Sequence record: HQ630627.1
Origin: Pseudomonas phage PhiPA3
Length of the DNA stretch: 64,000 bases
Strand: one strand, 5' to 3'
A program made the position numbers and the translations under genes. How positions within the stretch are numbered: the stretch's first letter is position 1; every line of letters starts with the position of its first letter. Below the pieces are notes generated by a model. That model searched no databases. It saw only the letters and a list, made by a program, of their open reading frames with translations, and was not told the origin of the DNA. Of the stretch, positions 29,370 through 38,360 are shown piece after piece.

Positions 29370-29829
29370 AAAGGTCAAGTTCTATTCGCGCTTGGCTGCA
29401 ATGGCTGTGACACAACCACATTACGTGATCTCCATTGGGGAAGCAAATGACGGCTGTGTATTGGACCCCGAACACAAATCGGTACTGCGTCTGGAGTTCG
29501 ACGATATCCCTTATCACGTCGATGGGTATCGTCTGTTCTCGTTGACTGACGCAAGACGAATTTTAAGGTGGCTACGAGACGTTCCTGAGAACGAAACCGT
29601 TATAGTCCACTGTGAGGCAGGGGTCAGCCGATCGGCTGCTGTAGCGCAATTCATGGTCGATCACCAGGGGTATGAACTGGAGAAAGATCAGTACTGTAAT
29701 GGGAGCTTCCTGTGTGCCAATGGCCATGTTTACGGCACACTAAGAATGACTGCGTTGGAAATTACTGACCAGTACCTTCTTATGGAAGCTGAATATGATC
29801 GCAAAGTAAAGGGTATTCCCCAATGGTAG
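29362..29829 (+). CDS. dual-specificity (PTP-family, Cys-X5-Arg) phosphatase
   Basis: VHCEAGVSRSAAV matches the DSP/PTP active-site signature [IV]HCxAGxxR[ST]; upstream acidic FDD as candidate general acid. Confidence 0.6.
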   Translation: MSRKVKFYSRLAAMAVTQPHYVISIGEANDGCVLDPEHKSVLRLEFDDIPYHVDGYRLFSLTDARRILRWLRDVPENETVIVHCEAGVSRSAAVAQFMVDHQGYELEKDQYCNGSFLCANGHVYGTLRMTALEITDQYLLMEAEYDRKVKGIPQW

Positions 29830-30035
29830 CATCACGCTTAGCGCCACCTCCTCCACCGGGTTCTATTCTGGTGAAGGATGTACGAGATCACATCCAGGAG
29901 ATGGTTGCATCGGAAATGGGTCCGATCGAGAATGCTTGGAAATTGGAAGACTGTAAGTACATACCCAAGGCTGGGCTGGCTCTACTACAGGAAGACATCC
30001 ACAAGCTTCTACGTAAACACTTTCGAGGAGAATAA
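29823..30035 (+). CDS. hypothetical protein (70 aa)
   Basis: ORF overlapping the upstream stop. Confidence 0.4.
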   Translation: MVASRLAPPPPPGSILVKDVRDHIQEMVASEMGPIENAWKLEDCKYIPKAGLALLQEDIHKLLRKHFRGE

Positions 30036-30037
30036 CC

Positions 30038-30397
30038 ATGAGCATCACTCTGAACCAACCGCTGGTCCCTGCACTCCGGGAATTCATGTGGGACGTAAGT
30101 CGCTCCGAAGGGGGTATGGTGCGAACCCAAGCCGACCAAAGTGCGATCATCGATGTCGGTAGACCTGATGAAGATTTAATTGAGAATCCGACGGTCCGCG
30201 AAAACGAAGCCTACAACTACGGGGTAATTGCGGGTTCCCTGGGGTTGATGGATTACTTGGTTGACAAGGGGTATTCCATTATTGATCCGGCTGGAATCAA
30301 GGTGGAGCGAGCAGAGAACAAAAGCTTCCTGGAAACCTTCTCTGAGAAAAACTGGCTTAATGTAGCTACTGGCGAAACCGACGACGCGCCTTTCTAA
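30038..30397 (+). CDS. hypothetical protein (119 aa)
   Basis: ggagaataaccATG. Confidence 0.5.
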   Translation: MSITLNQPLVPALREFMWDVSRSEGGMVRTQADQSAIIDVGRPDEDLIENPTVRENEAYNYGVIAGSLGLMDYLVDKGYSIIDPAGIKVERAENKSFLETFSEKNWLNVATGETDDAPF

Positions 30398-30436
30398 GAC
30401 TAATGGCGTCGTAACTAATCTAAATAAGGAAAATAC

Positions 30437-31828
30437 ATGGAAAACGTACTGGCCGAACTGAAACCCATTAAGGAAGGTTTCGGTGTCGTTGAAGAGACTC
30501 GCAAACTAGCGCGTATCGTCGAGATCGATGACGTAATCAAACACCCCAATGCCGATGCACTTGAACTGGCCATCGTTGGTGGTTGGCAACTGTGTGTGAA
30601 ACTCGGTGAATACAAGAAGGGTGATCGCGCGATTTATTGCGAGATTGATTCTCTCCTGCCCCTGTCCAATATCGAACTCTTCGGTTTCCTCGAAGCGCGT
30701 CGTTCGGACAACCGTCGTGTTAACGGCGTGAACTACCACCGGCTGAAGACCATCAAACTGCGTAAGGAACTTTCGCAGGGTCTGCTGGTGCCGGTACCGG
30801 CTGAATTCAAAGATGAACCAGTTGATACCAACCTGACCCTGAAGCTGGGTATTCTGAAATATGAATCCGCTCCGCAGATGGAACCCAAGGCTCGTATCGG
30901 TCGTGACGCCCCGTTCTTCGTGAAACTGGGCGCTCGGCTGATCGGTGATCTGGGCGGTGCTCTGCTCCCGTGGCCGAGCATGCTGACTAAGTCGGACCAA
31001 GATCGCATTCAGAACAAAGGCGTAGCTTTCCATACTGTCAAGGAACAAGGTGACGACATGGAAGTCACCTACAAACTCGACGGTAGCTCGATGACCGTGT
31101 TCTGTGTGAATGACAAGGTTGTCCGCACTGGCGTCTGTTCGCGTAACTACGAACTGGGTACCAGTGAAGCCAACTGGACCTTCACTGAACAAGTACGTTA
31201 CTGGCTGGGGAACTTCCTGATCCGTAACCGTAACGTGTTCAAGCTGAGGACCTGGTTCCGTCGTGAAGACGGCGTCCTGGAAGGTCCGCGTAAACCACGT
31301 TGGGGTCTGATCATTCCGGAATGGGTGAAGCGTGTCGATACCTCCGACAACAACTTCATCCGCGTTACTCGTGAACTTAAGATCCGCGAGAAGCTGGTGG
31401 ACTACCTCCAGGCTACTGGTCGCTTCATTACTGTTCAAGGTGAACTGATTGGTCCGGATATCCAGGACAACTTTGAAGGTGTGGACAAGCCCGAATACTA
31501 CGTGTACTCGGTGTACGAAGATGGTAACATCGTACTGCTCCCGAAAGAAGCACGTAAAATCGTAGCTGAACTCGGTCTGAACTACGTACCGCTGTTTGAT
31601 CCCGAGTGGAAACCTACCGCTGAAACCACCGGCAAAGATGTTCTGGCGATGGCTGAAGGTCCGTCTGCGTTCAAGAACAAACGGGGCTACCGGGAAGGTC
31701 TGGTGTTCAAGTCCAATCAACGAGTACTGTCTTGGAAGGCAATCTCGAATCGCTACCTTCTGAAGCAAGAAGAAGAGCTGGAAAAGAAAGCCAAAGCCGA
31801 AGAAGCAGCTGAAGCTGTAGTAGCCTAA
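30437..31828 (+). CDS. ATP-dependent RNA ligase with an N-terminal tRNA-binding (Myf/EMAP-like OB) domain
   Basis: N-terminus KHPNADALELAIVGGWQLCVKLGEYKKGDRAIY resembles tRNA-binding domains; nucleotidyltransferase motif I EVTYKLDGSSMTV; motif IV-like YREGLVFKS; lysine-rich tail. Confidence 0.7.
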   Translation: MENVLAELKPIKEGFGVVEETRKLARIVEIDDVIKHPNADALELAIVGGWQLCVKLGEYKKGDRAIYCEIDSLLPLSNIELFGFLEARRSDNRRVNGVNYHRLKTIKLRKELSQGLLVPVPAEFKDEPVDTNLTLKLGILKYESAPQMEPKARIGRDAPFFVKLGARLIGDLGGALLPWPSMLTKSDQDRIQNKGVAFHTVKEQGDDMEVTYKLDGSSMTVFCVNDKVVRTGVCSRNYELGTSEANWTFTEQVRYWLGNFLIRNRNVFKLRTWFRREDGVLEGPRKPRWGLIIPEWVKRVDTSDNNFIRVTRELKIREKLVDYLQATGRFITVQGELIGPDIQDNFEGVDKPEYYVYSVYEDGNIVLLPKEARKIVAELGLNYVPLFDPEWKPTAETTGKDVLAMAEGPSAFKNKRGYREGLVFKSNQRVLSWKAISNRYLLKQEEELEKKAKAEEAAEAVVA

Positions 31829-31837
31829 CGGCATACG

Positions 31838-31868
31838 GGGAGGCTTCGGCCTCCCTTTCTATTTAACA
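31838..31868 (+). terminator. rho-independent terminator (UUCG)
   Basis: gggaggc-ttcg-gcctccc + tttctattt. Confidence 0.7.
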
Positions 31869-31881
31869 AGAGGCCATTACA

Positions 31882-32178
31882 ATGCGTTTAGTTTGGAAAG
31901 ACCAAAGCGATGTGATGCTCGACTCCATCACGAAATTGGCTACACCGATTCCCATGGATCTAATACCCATGATCCGACGTGCATTGGAGGGGTTTGAAAA
32001 GCCCTACCATATTTCCATCACGCTGGTTCTGAAAACCGACTGGCTTAATCTGTTCGCAAGAAAGTGGAACAGCATACCAACCCAGCGATACCACCTGCGG
32101 ATGGAATACAATACAGGATACGTCTGGGATACGCTGATTGATGCTAAGGGTACATGCACTAAGAGGGCCATTCAATGA
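31882..32178 (+). CDS. hypothetical protein (98 aa)
   Basis: gccattacaATG context. Confidence 0.5.
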   Translation: MRLVWKDQSDVMLDSITKLATPIPMDLIPMIRRALEGFEKPYHISITLVLKTDWLNLFARKWNSIPTQRYHLRMEYNTGYVWDTLIDAKGTCTKRAIQ

Positions 32179-32642
32179 GTTGGCAACTACCCTACAACCA
32201 TCCCAAGCGTAAGCTGGTTAAAACCAATCCATTGACTTGGATTCCTTATTTCATCCAATGGCTTCGCACCGGTAAGGGTTACCATAACCTGACCCCCATT
32301 GGTGAATTGTGGGCGTTGGGTTTGATCTTGCTGGTATGGCTCTTCTACATCTCCTATGCATGGTTCCTTTACGCGTTTCGTGCAAAGATGTGGATTGGTC
32401 GTGCTGATCAGCTCGGGGACTGGATGCGGCAGAACTATAATCGTTATCAGTGCGATATGGCGTATTCTGCTGAAACGTTCAATGAACCCGATGCAATCGT
32501 AACGATCACTATCCGTAAACACCCGATCTTCATAGGTCCAGAATTCATGCGGATTGAATCTCCGGGTTTCCGTGGGAAGATCCTGGAAGATAAAGTCTAT
32601 TACTGGGAAAATAGGATTCCTGATGATCTCACGAAAAAGTAA
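32175..32642 (+). CDS. membrane protein (155 aa)
   Basis: ATGA overlap; TM segment ELWALGLILLVWLFYISYAWFLYAF. Confidence 0.5.
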   Translation: MSWQLPYNHPKRKLVKTNPLTWIPYFIQWLRTGKGYHNLTPIGELWALGLILLVWLFYISYAWFLYAFRAKMWIGRADQLGDWMRQNYNRYQCDMAYSAETFNEPDAIVTITIRKHPIFIGPEFMRIESPGFRGKILEDKVYYWENRIPDDLTKK

Positions 32643-32985
32643 TAAGCCTATTACGGGCTGTGAACCAAACTTGGCTACTATCATCATTATTGGTGGGTAT
32701 TGCCTGGTGGTCTGTTTGCTCCACGTATTGTTCGTGGGGTGGTGGAAGTTCCTGTTTTGTCGGAAAGAATGGCATGTACTCGACTTGGGTGTGGCTACCG
32801 AAGACGATATCAACTGCCATTTTGCGCGTTCCGGTAAACTGGTTGAAAATGAACTGCATTCGATGTTGCATCGGTTCAATCGTCGTAAATGTGTTTACTG
32901 GGAAATTCGCCAACATCCGTTCTTTGTAGGGAACGATATTCTTATTATTCGCCAAGGTAATTTCAGGCGATGGGTCGTTGTTTAA
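32623..32985 (+). CDS. membrane protein (about 120 aa); start uncertain
   Basis: Frame of ORF 32554-32985; ATG 32623; TM segment TIIIIGGYCLVVCLLHVLFVGWW. Confidence 0.35.
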   Translation: MISRKSNKPITGCEPNLATIIIIGGYCLVVCLLHVLFVGWWKFLFCRKEWHVLDLGVATEDDINCHFARSGKLVENELHSMLHRFNRRKCVYWEIRQHPFFVGNDILIIRQGNFRRWVVV

Positions 32986-33034
32986 AAGATAACTAGGAAC
33001 ACTAATACTCTGCTAATTGCTGTAAGGAGTTGTT

Positions 33035-33244
33035 GTGAACGAGCAAGAAAAGCTCAAGGAACTCAGTATCCGTGTACATCAGACTGGGGACTGGCAGATC
33101 TTCTGGACGGTCTTGGTAATATTCTGGTGTGCCGGGGTTGCAGCAGGTAAAACAACACCTGAGAAATTCTTTGCCTTGATCCCACCCTATGGTGTCTATA
33201 AAGGCGTTGAACTGTTTTTGACCAAGCTAGGATTTTTGATATGA
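33035..33244 (+). CDS. small membrane protein (69 aa), GTG start
   Basis: Strong RBS gtaaggagttgttGTG; TM segment IFWTVLVIFWCAGVAAG. Confidence 0.4.
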   Translation: MNEQEKLKELSIRVHQTGDWQIFWTVLVIFWCAGVAAGKTTPEKFFALIPPYGVYKGVELFLTKLGFLI

Positions 33245-33786
33245 CTCACGAAGAAGTAGTAACCGAACGCACTGAAACTCCCCTGAGCCCTGCGCAGGTC
33301 TACGACATCGCTCGTGCTATCCCTCTAGTGGCACAGCGCATCAAAACTGAATGCATGGATGACGTGACTCCGGAAGAAAAAGACTTCAACGCTGACGTGG
33401 AACGTAAGTATAACCATGACAAAGGTCTGAAGCTGCTGGAGTCTATGGGTATTCCGAGTACTGTAGAAGGTGTTGCTGAGAAGACGGATTGGTACTTCCA
33501 AGCCGAACTCATCGGTCCGGTACGTTACAAGAAAGGTGAATACATCGTTCTGTACCCGCAGGTGGGTTATTCTCCGCAGGATGTCACTCAGGGTACTCTG
33601 ATCGCTGAAGTCCTTACCGATATTGAATTCCCGTCTGACGTTGATCTCAAGTCATCTTTTGGTGAAAATCTGGAATACGCATTGCGTCCCTATGTTGATG
33701 CTGGTCAGCTTCGTCTGATCAAGCCCACTGGCGCACGTATGTATACCAGTTATTCCAAATGGTCCTTCGAGGATAAATTTAAATGA
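33241..33786 (+). CDS. hypothetical protein (181 aa)
   Basis: ATGA overlap. Confidence 0.55.
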   Translation: MTHEEVVTERTETPLSPAQVYDIARAIPLVAQRIKTECMDDVTPEEKDFNADVERKYNHDKGLKLLESMGIPSTVEGVAEKTDWYFQAELIGPVRYKKGEYIVLYPQVGYSPQDVTQGTLIAEVLTDIEFPSDVDLKSSFGENLEYALRPYVDAGQLRLIKPTGARMYTSYSKWSFEDKFK

Positions 33787-34370
33787 CAACCCTGAAAGAA
33801 CAGCTGGAACAACTGGGACTGACGGAGGAATTCAAAAACCTCTTCATGTTCCAACACCATGATGGAGAATTTTATCTTCAAAATGGCGTCAAAGATAAAG
33901 CTCGCGAATGGCTCATCTCGAAAGGGGTGAGCGCTGCGGAATTTATTCCTAAGTTCCCAAAGCAGCCCACTAAGGTTCTTAAGTACGGAGACTTCTGTGT
34001 GAATCAGTGGGCTGTTGTGGCTCGTGCTAAGGTACAAGCCTACATTGATCTTAAGCTGAAACCGACTTATCAAGCGTTCTGCTATGAGATGGCTGTTCTT
34101 AAAGTGGTTGACCCCGAGCTTCTCCGAGGTTACCCAACAACAGTGGCGTTGCTTGAGCAATTCTTTAAGGAACACAATCTCGTGCTCCGACAGGAATTCC
34201 TTAACCCGTCACTGTTTGAATACGTAAACTCAGTCACTAATTACGAGCATTACGTAGCCTCACGTTACCAGATGCTGAACGGTTATCCGGAGTATTTCCA
34301 TGACATTGTATCGGAAAGCAGCCGGGCGCCCGAGTACATCCATGATGGGTGGGCCAGCATCGGCGTATAA
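33783..34370 (+). CDS. hypothetical protein (195 aa)
   Basis: ATGA overlap. Confidence 0.55.
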   Translation: MTTLKEQLEQLGLTEEFKNLFMFQHHDGEFYLQNGVKDKAREWLISKGVSAAEFIPKFPKQPTKVLKYGDFCVNQWAVVARAKVQAYIDLKLKPTYQAFCYEMAVLKVVDPELLRGYPTTVALLEQFFKEHNLVLRQEFLNPSLFEYVNSVTNYEHYVASRYQMLNGYPEYFHDIVSESSRAPEYIHDGWASIGV

Positions 34371-34383
34371 GAAAGTCGAACGT

Positions 34384-34641
34384 ATGGGGAGTCGGGTTCC
34401 ACCCGATCCCCTGTTTGACCGTGCGGTATTTGTACCAAAAGACGATCCCATTCCCCACAGTAAGGAAATCCGTGGGGAAGTCGTTCGTGATGAACCAAAG
34501 TGCAGCACTCCGCTATCCACGGTGAATAATACTGAGGAGTTCCCAACTATAAGAACCTCAGTGATCATTCTACTACTCTTGTCGGGTATTGGAACGATTA
34601 TTGCTGATACAATTGCTAACGCCTTAAGAGCAACCCACTGA
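34384..34641 (+). CDS. possible small C-terminally membrane-anchored protein (85 aa); doubtful
   Basis: ORF 34300-34641; hydrophobic end VIILLLLSGIGTIIADTIA. Confidence 0.25.
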   Translation: MGSRVPPDPLFDRAVFVPKDDPIPHSKEIRGEVVRDEPKCSTPLSTVNNTEEFPTIRTSVIILLLLSGIGTIIADTIANALRATH

Positions 34642-34658
34642 CCTTAGGAACGATTGTC

Positions 34659-34967
34659 ATGAGTATTAAAGCCATTTGTAGTGAGCTTCTTTCCTGTGTT
34701 GATTTCGCCTTGACTATGGGGTTGGCGAATCGGTTGTTTGGCCAGGAACGCATAGAAGGGACTGGGGTGGAAGTGTCCCAGGTCATGGCTCATTATGAGA
34801 AATATGGTTGGAACGAAGAACGGAGTCTAGAGCTGGATCGGATGATCTATGAACTCGATGCGGACGCTCATTGGGTAGCTAAGATTATCCCATCGATGTT
34901 CAAGCCTGGCAAAGCCCGGTTTGTATTTCAAGGTGGTGGTTTCACCATAGACTACAACTTCGTTTAG
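34659..34967 (+). CDS. hypothetical protein (102 aa)
   Basis: ttaggaacgattgtcATG. Confidence 0.5.
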   Translation: MSIKAICSELLSCVDFALTMGLANRLFGQERIEGTGVEVSQVMAHYEKYGWNEERSLELDRMIYELDADAHWVAKIIPSMFKPGKARFVFQGGGFTIDYNFV

Positions 34968-34977
34968 GATAATACAA

Positions 34978-35481
34978 ATGGAAAAGGTGTGGACATGCAC
35001 CGAGGAATACCTCGAAGCATGGATGCGTTGCCTGTGGTTAGAACAGCCCATGCGTCTACCAGAAGCCGATCTGAATTATCTGGTAGGTAAGTTCTATCAA
35101 GCCGTGAAGATCTTCCATCAACGTGGGCCTACCACCAATGCCGCTATGTGGAATGGCTTGACTCGATACTGGTGGGCATGGCGATTTCTAACCGAAGAGC
35201 AACAGCGGGTATGGATGGAACATAATCCCGTGATGTGGGAATACTGGCAAACTGAAACAGCCTGTCATATTCCAGCAATGGAAGAAGCCATTAAGGAAGG
35301 CAAGGTTACCGCCTCGGAAATATTCAGACCCGAAAGATACGTTATGGATATGTACAAGGTCGCAATGGCGTTCATTGGAATGCCAACTCAAGCTCAACAG
35401 GTGGCTTTGATTGAGAAACTTAAACCTGAGGTGGATAAATGCAAGTTGGAATTGGCGAAGGCTAAGCTGGGGTTAGCTTAA
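34978..35481 (+). CDS. hypothetical protein (167 aa), Trp-rich
   Basis: aggataatacaaATG context. Confidence 0.55.
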   Translation: MEKVWTCTEEYLEAWMRCLWLEQPMRLPEADLNYLVGKFYQAVKIFHQRGPTTNAAMWNGLTRYWWAWRFLTEEQQRVWMEHNPVMWEYWQTETACHIPAMEEAIKEGKVTASEIFRPERYVMDMYKVAMAFIGMPTQAQQVALIEKLKPEVDKCKLELAKAKLGLA

Positions 35482-35482
35482 C

Positions 35483-35510
35483 GCTGCCTTCGGGCAGCTT
35501 TATGCTGTTT
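35483..35510 (+). terminator. rho-independent terminator (UUCG)
   Basis: gctgcc-ttcg-ggcagc + tttatgctgttt. Confidence 0.65.
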
Positions 35511-35519
35511 AATCAATGT

Positions 35520-35545
35520 AAAGAATTTCAAGGCTATATTACAAC
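35520..35545 (+). promoter_or_regulatory. conserved promoter-like box (copy 3, tttcaaggc-TATATTAC-a)
   Basis: Follows a terminator; 45 nt before ATG 35587. Confidence 0.5.
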
Positions 35546-35586
35546 AATGAATTTAACCCATCTAAAATCCAATAGGGAAATCAAAT

Positions 35587-36081
35587 ATGTTCTGCGTACA
35601 ACAACCGAATTCTACACCGCAGGTAATGCTGCAAGGTCCAGGTCCCACAATGAATAAATTAGATGCTCTGTACCTGATCCAGAAGGCCCAACTCGAAGCC
35701 ATTCTGGGTGTCTACACAAGTCACTACCGAAAAGATGCCTGTAATGACTTCCAATCCCTCACCTTTGGTATGGATGGCAAAGACGCTACCGTCTATGCCG
35801 GTTGGATGTCTGAAGGTGGTTCTCGGAGTGTGGCTCATTTCAAGGTCGTCAACCTACGGACCAATCAATCATGGCTGTTCTGTCAGAACTACAATTTCAA
35901 CGTCGCAATGAACGTTGAGATCTGGAAAGGTGACGTGGACAATAATGAGAAACTCAAAGATGGTAATGAGGGCTTCACTCTGGACGAAAGCAATGAGTTC
36001 GAGTGGGCATTGGGTTACTTGACCGAGAGTTTGGCCGAATGGATGGAGTACCATCCAACCAACAAAGATACAATCAACTGA
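35587..36081 (+). CDS. hypothetical protein (164 aa)
   Basis: ORF ends at terminator 36090. Confidence 0.55.
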   Translation: MFCVQQPNSTPQVMLQGPGPTMNKLDALYLIQKAQLEAILGVYTSHYRKDACNDFQSLTFGMDGKDATVYAGWMSEGGSRSVAHFKVVNLRTNQSWLFCQNYNFNVAMNVEIWKGDVDNNEKLKDGNEGFTLDESNEFEWALGYLTESLAEWMEYHPTNKDTIN

Positions 36082-36089
36082 CGGCATAA

Positions 36090-36129
36090 GCCCTCTCCTT
36101 CGGGAGAGGGCGCTATGTCTATTTCTTTG
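36090..36129 (+). terminator. rho-independent terminator (UUCG)
   Basis: gccctctcc-ttcg-ggagagggc + U-rich tail. Confidence 0.7.
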
Positions 36130-36188
36130 GACTGGAAAAATATATCTGAGGTATACATTATCTGGGCGATGGCTGTAAGGAGCAGTAG

Positions 36189-36713
36189 ATGTCGACAGAA
36201 GAAATCCATCCAGTGGTAAAAAACATCATCTACGAGGCTCTACGCAAAGGGCACGACGCCGTGAGCGCGATGGAGATGTACGAAGGGTTCTTATTGGACC
36301 TGGTCGATAATGGGGTAAAAAGAAAAGGTATGTTGACGGCCTACGCTCAGAGTGGGTTTTTCATCAATATGAAATATCCTAAGACCACGCCACCTATAGC
36401 TCGTTACATTACTCCCACTGGAGAACATTTAGGATTCATCGAGATCTTTACCCCGTATGACAACGTACGCAATAAAAGGCAAGCGGAGGAATACGATCAT
36501 GGAACGCGCTGGTTCACTGTCATGTATGACCGCATCATGTACTTCGGTGCAGATGAGGGTAATTGCCTGACTATTGCTGAAATCAAGAAGACGTATACTG
36601 CATTAAAAGAGGTACCTCCGGATGATTTTATCTGGACGCGTAATGGGTATTTCTTTGATCCAACAGAATCCATTTTCAAACAAGCACTAGGAGAAACTAA
36701 TGAATCTCAGTAA
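36189..36713 (+). CDS. hypothetical protein (174 aa)
   Basis: gtaaggagcagtagATG. Confidence 0.55.
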   Translation: MSTEEIHPVVKNIIYEALRKGHDAVSAMEMYEGFLLDLVDNGVKRKGMLTAYAQSGFFINMKYPKTTPPIARYITPTGEHLGFIEIFTPYDNVRNKRQAEEYDHGTRWFTVMYDRIMYFGADEGNCLTIAEIKKTYTALKEVPPDDFIWTRNGYFFDPTESIFKQALGETNESQ

Positions 36714-37614
36714 AGAAGACATGGGCGTTGTGGTCGCGCACCTGTACGATGCCATCATCAATTGGCGTATTCGCGGGATAAAATTCACCACCGAAGACAT
36801 GGTGCGACTCGGTAAACAGTACAATATCACCAAGCGCAGTATTCTAGACATCATTGCCGGGATGATGCGTTGGGATATGATCAATCGACTGACCGCGGTG
36901 GCCAGTCTTGGTGATAGAGCCGATGCTCTTATTGATGGGACTATTCTTGGCTATTATGCCTTCGTGGCCGAAGATAAGACCATCCGTGATATCCCGCAGT
37001 TGGGATTGGTTCTAAAAGAAGCGCGGGTCACTCGCAGTGAAGAGTGGTACCAGAAAGGCCATCTCGTTGTGGCCATGACCCGTGAAAGCTTGATTTCCAA
37101 CATCGCTGCAACCGTCCAAGTAAAGCGAGCCGATGGAGATTGGCGTTCTAATGACGAATACAGTTCGGGTTTCGCTGACTACGTCACAGCCATCGCGCGC
37201 CGACTCTTTGTCGAGTTTATTGATCGCGGTATTCAGACTAATTGTCAGGATGTAGACCAGCTCATCAAAAGAATGCAGATCATTGGAGCTGTCGACTATA
37301 ACGGTTATTTCGTTAACTTTGACAACAGGAAGTACTTGATTAGCTTCCGGGATAACATTGATATCGATGAGCTGTGCGATTATCAAACCCGTAAAGCTGA
37401 ATACGTACTGGGTCCACAACATGAAGAATGCATCAGTGAACGCGACTTTAAAGCATTTACTGAAACCATGAGTGATATCGGTTTCGTGGTTGCACAGAAC
37501 GACATTTCTTCTTCCCATATGTCGTTCGCGTTGGGCGGTGTATACCCATTGCGTGTTACCGTTCAAGTTATAGGTCTAGAAGAACCTTTTAAGCCTTTCA
37601 TGATCAAGGAGTAA
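36700..37614 (+). CDS. hypothetical protein (304 aa)
   Basis: ORF overlapping the upstream end. Confidence 0.6.
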   Translation: MNLSKEDMGVVVAHLYDAIINWRIRGIKFTTEDMVRLGKQYNITKRSILDIIAGMMRWDMINRLTAVASLGDRADALIDGTILGYYAFVAEDKTIRDIPQLGLVLKEARVTRSEEWYQKGHLVVAMTRESLISNIAATVQVKRADGDWRSNDEYSSGFADYVTAIARRLFVEFIDRGIQTNCQDVDQLIKRMQIIGAVDYNGYFVNFDNRKYLISFRDNIDIDELCDYQTRKAEYVLGPQHEECISERDFKAFTETMSDIGFVVAQNDISSSHMSFALGGVYPLRVTVQVIGLEEPFKPFMIKE

Positions 37615-37617
37615 GTC

Positions 37618-38250
37618 ATGCACCAGGCTATCAATATTGCAAACATGGCGAATCAGGTAAAAGCGATTGTCCGTCAATATCCCACAACACTACACATCGA
37701 TACCAACAACAGCATCAACAAGGCAGCATATTTCTGCGTCAGTGCCTCCAATGCCTTGGGGTTGACTCGTTCGGATAAAACCACTCCGGCGTGGTATCAC
37801 CAATACTGGGCAGTGGAAGTTGGCAAGCTGTTTGGGTTGGCACCGGGGGATCTGACCATTCTGTGGTTGCACGATATCGTGGAAGACACTGGCTGGACTC
37901 ATGAGCAGATCTTCCAGCATTTCAGTGGTTATGTGGCTAAGGGTGTTAAAGCCCTAACCCATGAGAAACCTGAAGGTATGGTTCGTTGTGAGTGGATCGC
38001 GCTATATCACCAGCAATTGGCCGATTCTATCGACACCTATCAGACTATCAAACTGATCGAGTCGATGACTAATCTCTGCACGATTCTGGATGGATCGAAG
38101 AAACAAAAATTTGCTAAGGTATGGTTGGCTGAGCAGGTCCAGCTACATACCAAACTCGTTAAGGCCCATCCGGTTGTACGCGACGTTTATCATCACCTGC
38201 TATCTGAAACCCTGGATCGTTACAACGAACTGGTGAATCAAGCAGCATAA
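37618..38250 (+). CDS. HD-domain phosphohydrolase of the SpoT/Mesh1 type (candidate small alarmone (p)ppGpp/(p)ppApp hydrolase)
   Basis: ILWLHDIVEDTGWTHEQIFQHFSGYV matches the RelA/SpoT hydrolase signature (ALLHDxVEDT...FG); upstream H (WYHQYW) and a downstream KLIESMTNL (KLADRLHN-like) segment. Confidence 0.6.
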   Translation: MHQAINIANMANQVKAIVRQYPTTLHIDTNNSINKAAYFCVSASNALGLTRSDKTTPAWYHQYWAVEVGKLFGLAPGDLTILWLHDIVEDTGWTHEQIFQHFSGYVAKGVKALTHEKPEGMVRCEWIALYHQQLADSIDTYQTIKLIESMTNLCTILDGSKKQKFAKVWLAEQVQLHTKLVKAHPVVRDVYHHLLSETLDRYNELVNQAA

Positions 38251-38257
38251 TGAATAT

Positions 38258-38285
38258 CCCTCCCTTCGGGGAGGGTTTATTCAAT
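38258..38285 (+). terminator. rho-independent terminator (UUCG)
   Basis: ccctccc-ttcg-gggaggg + tttattcaatttt. Confidence 0.7.
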
Positions 38286-38295
38286 TTTCTTTTTT

Positions 38296-38328
38296 AGATT
38301 TAAAGCAATTAAAAGGCTATATTACAAA
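38296..38328 (+). promoter_or_regulatory. conserved promoter-like box (copy 4, tttaaag..aaaaggc-TATATTAC-a)
   Basis: 36 nt upstream of ATG 38361. Confidence 0.5.
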
Positions 38329-38360
38329 CTCGAATATCCATTAGGAAAACGGAGTTTGGT

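Noticed and set aside
30506-31834. 442-aa ORF on the minus strand
   Set aside because: It lies completely antisense to the RNA ligase gene, which has clear catalytic motifs. This is a typical shadow ORF: low-complexity product and no RBS.
32660-32929. 89-aa ORF (GTG start) in an alternative frame
   Set aside because: Trp/Cys-rich, low-plausibility product. The overlapping frame of 32623-32985 gives a TM helix plus a globular tail and is preferred, though not certain.
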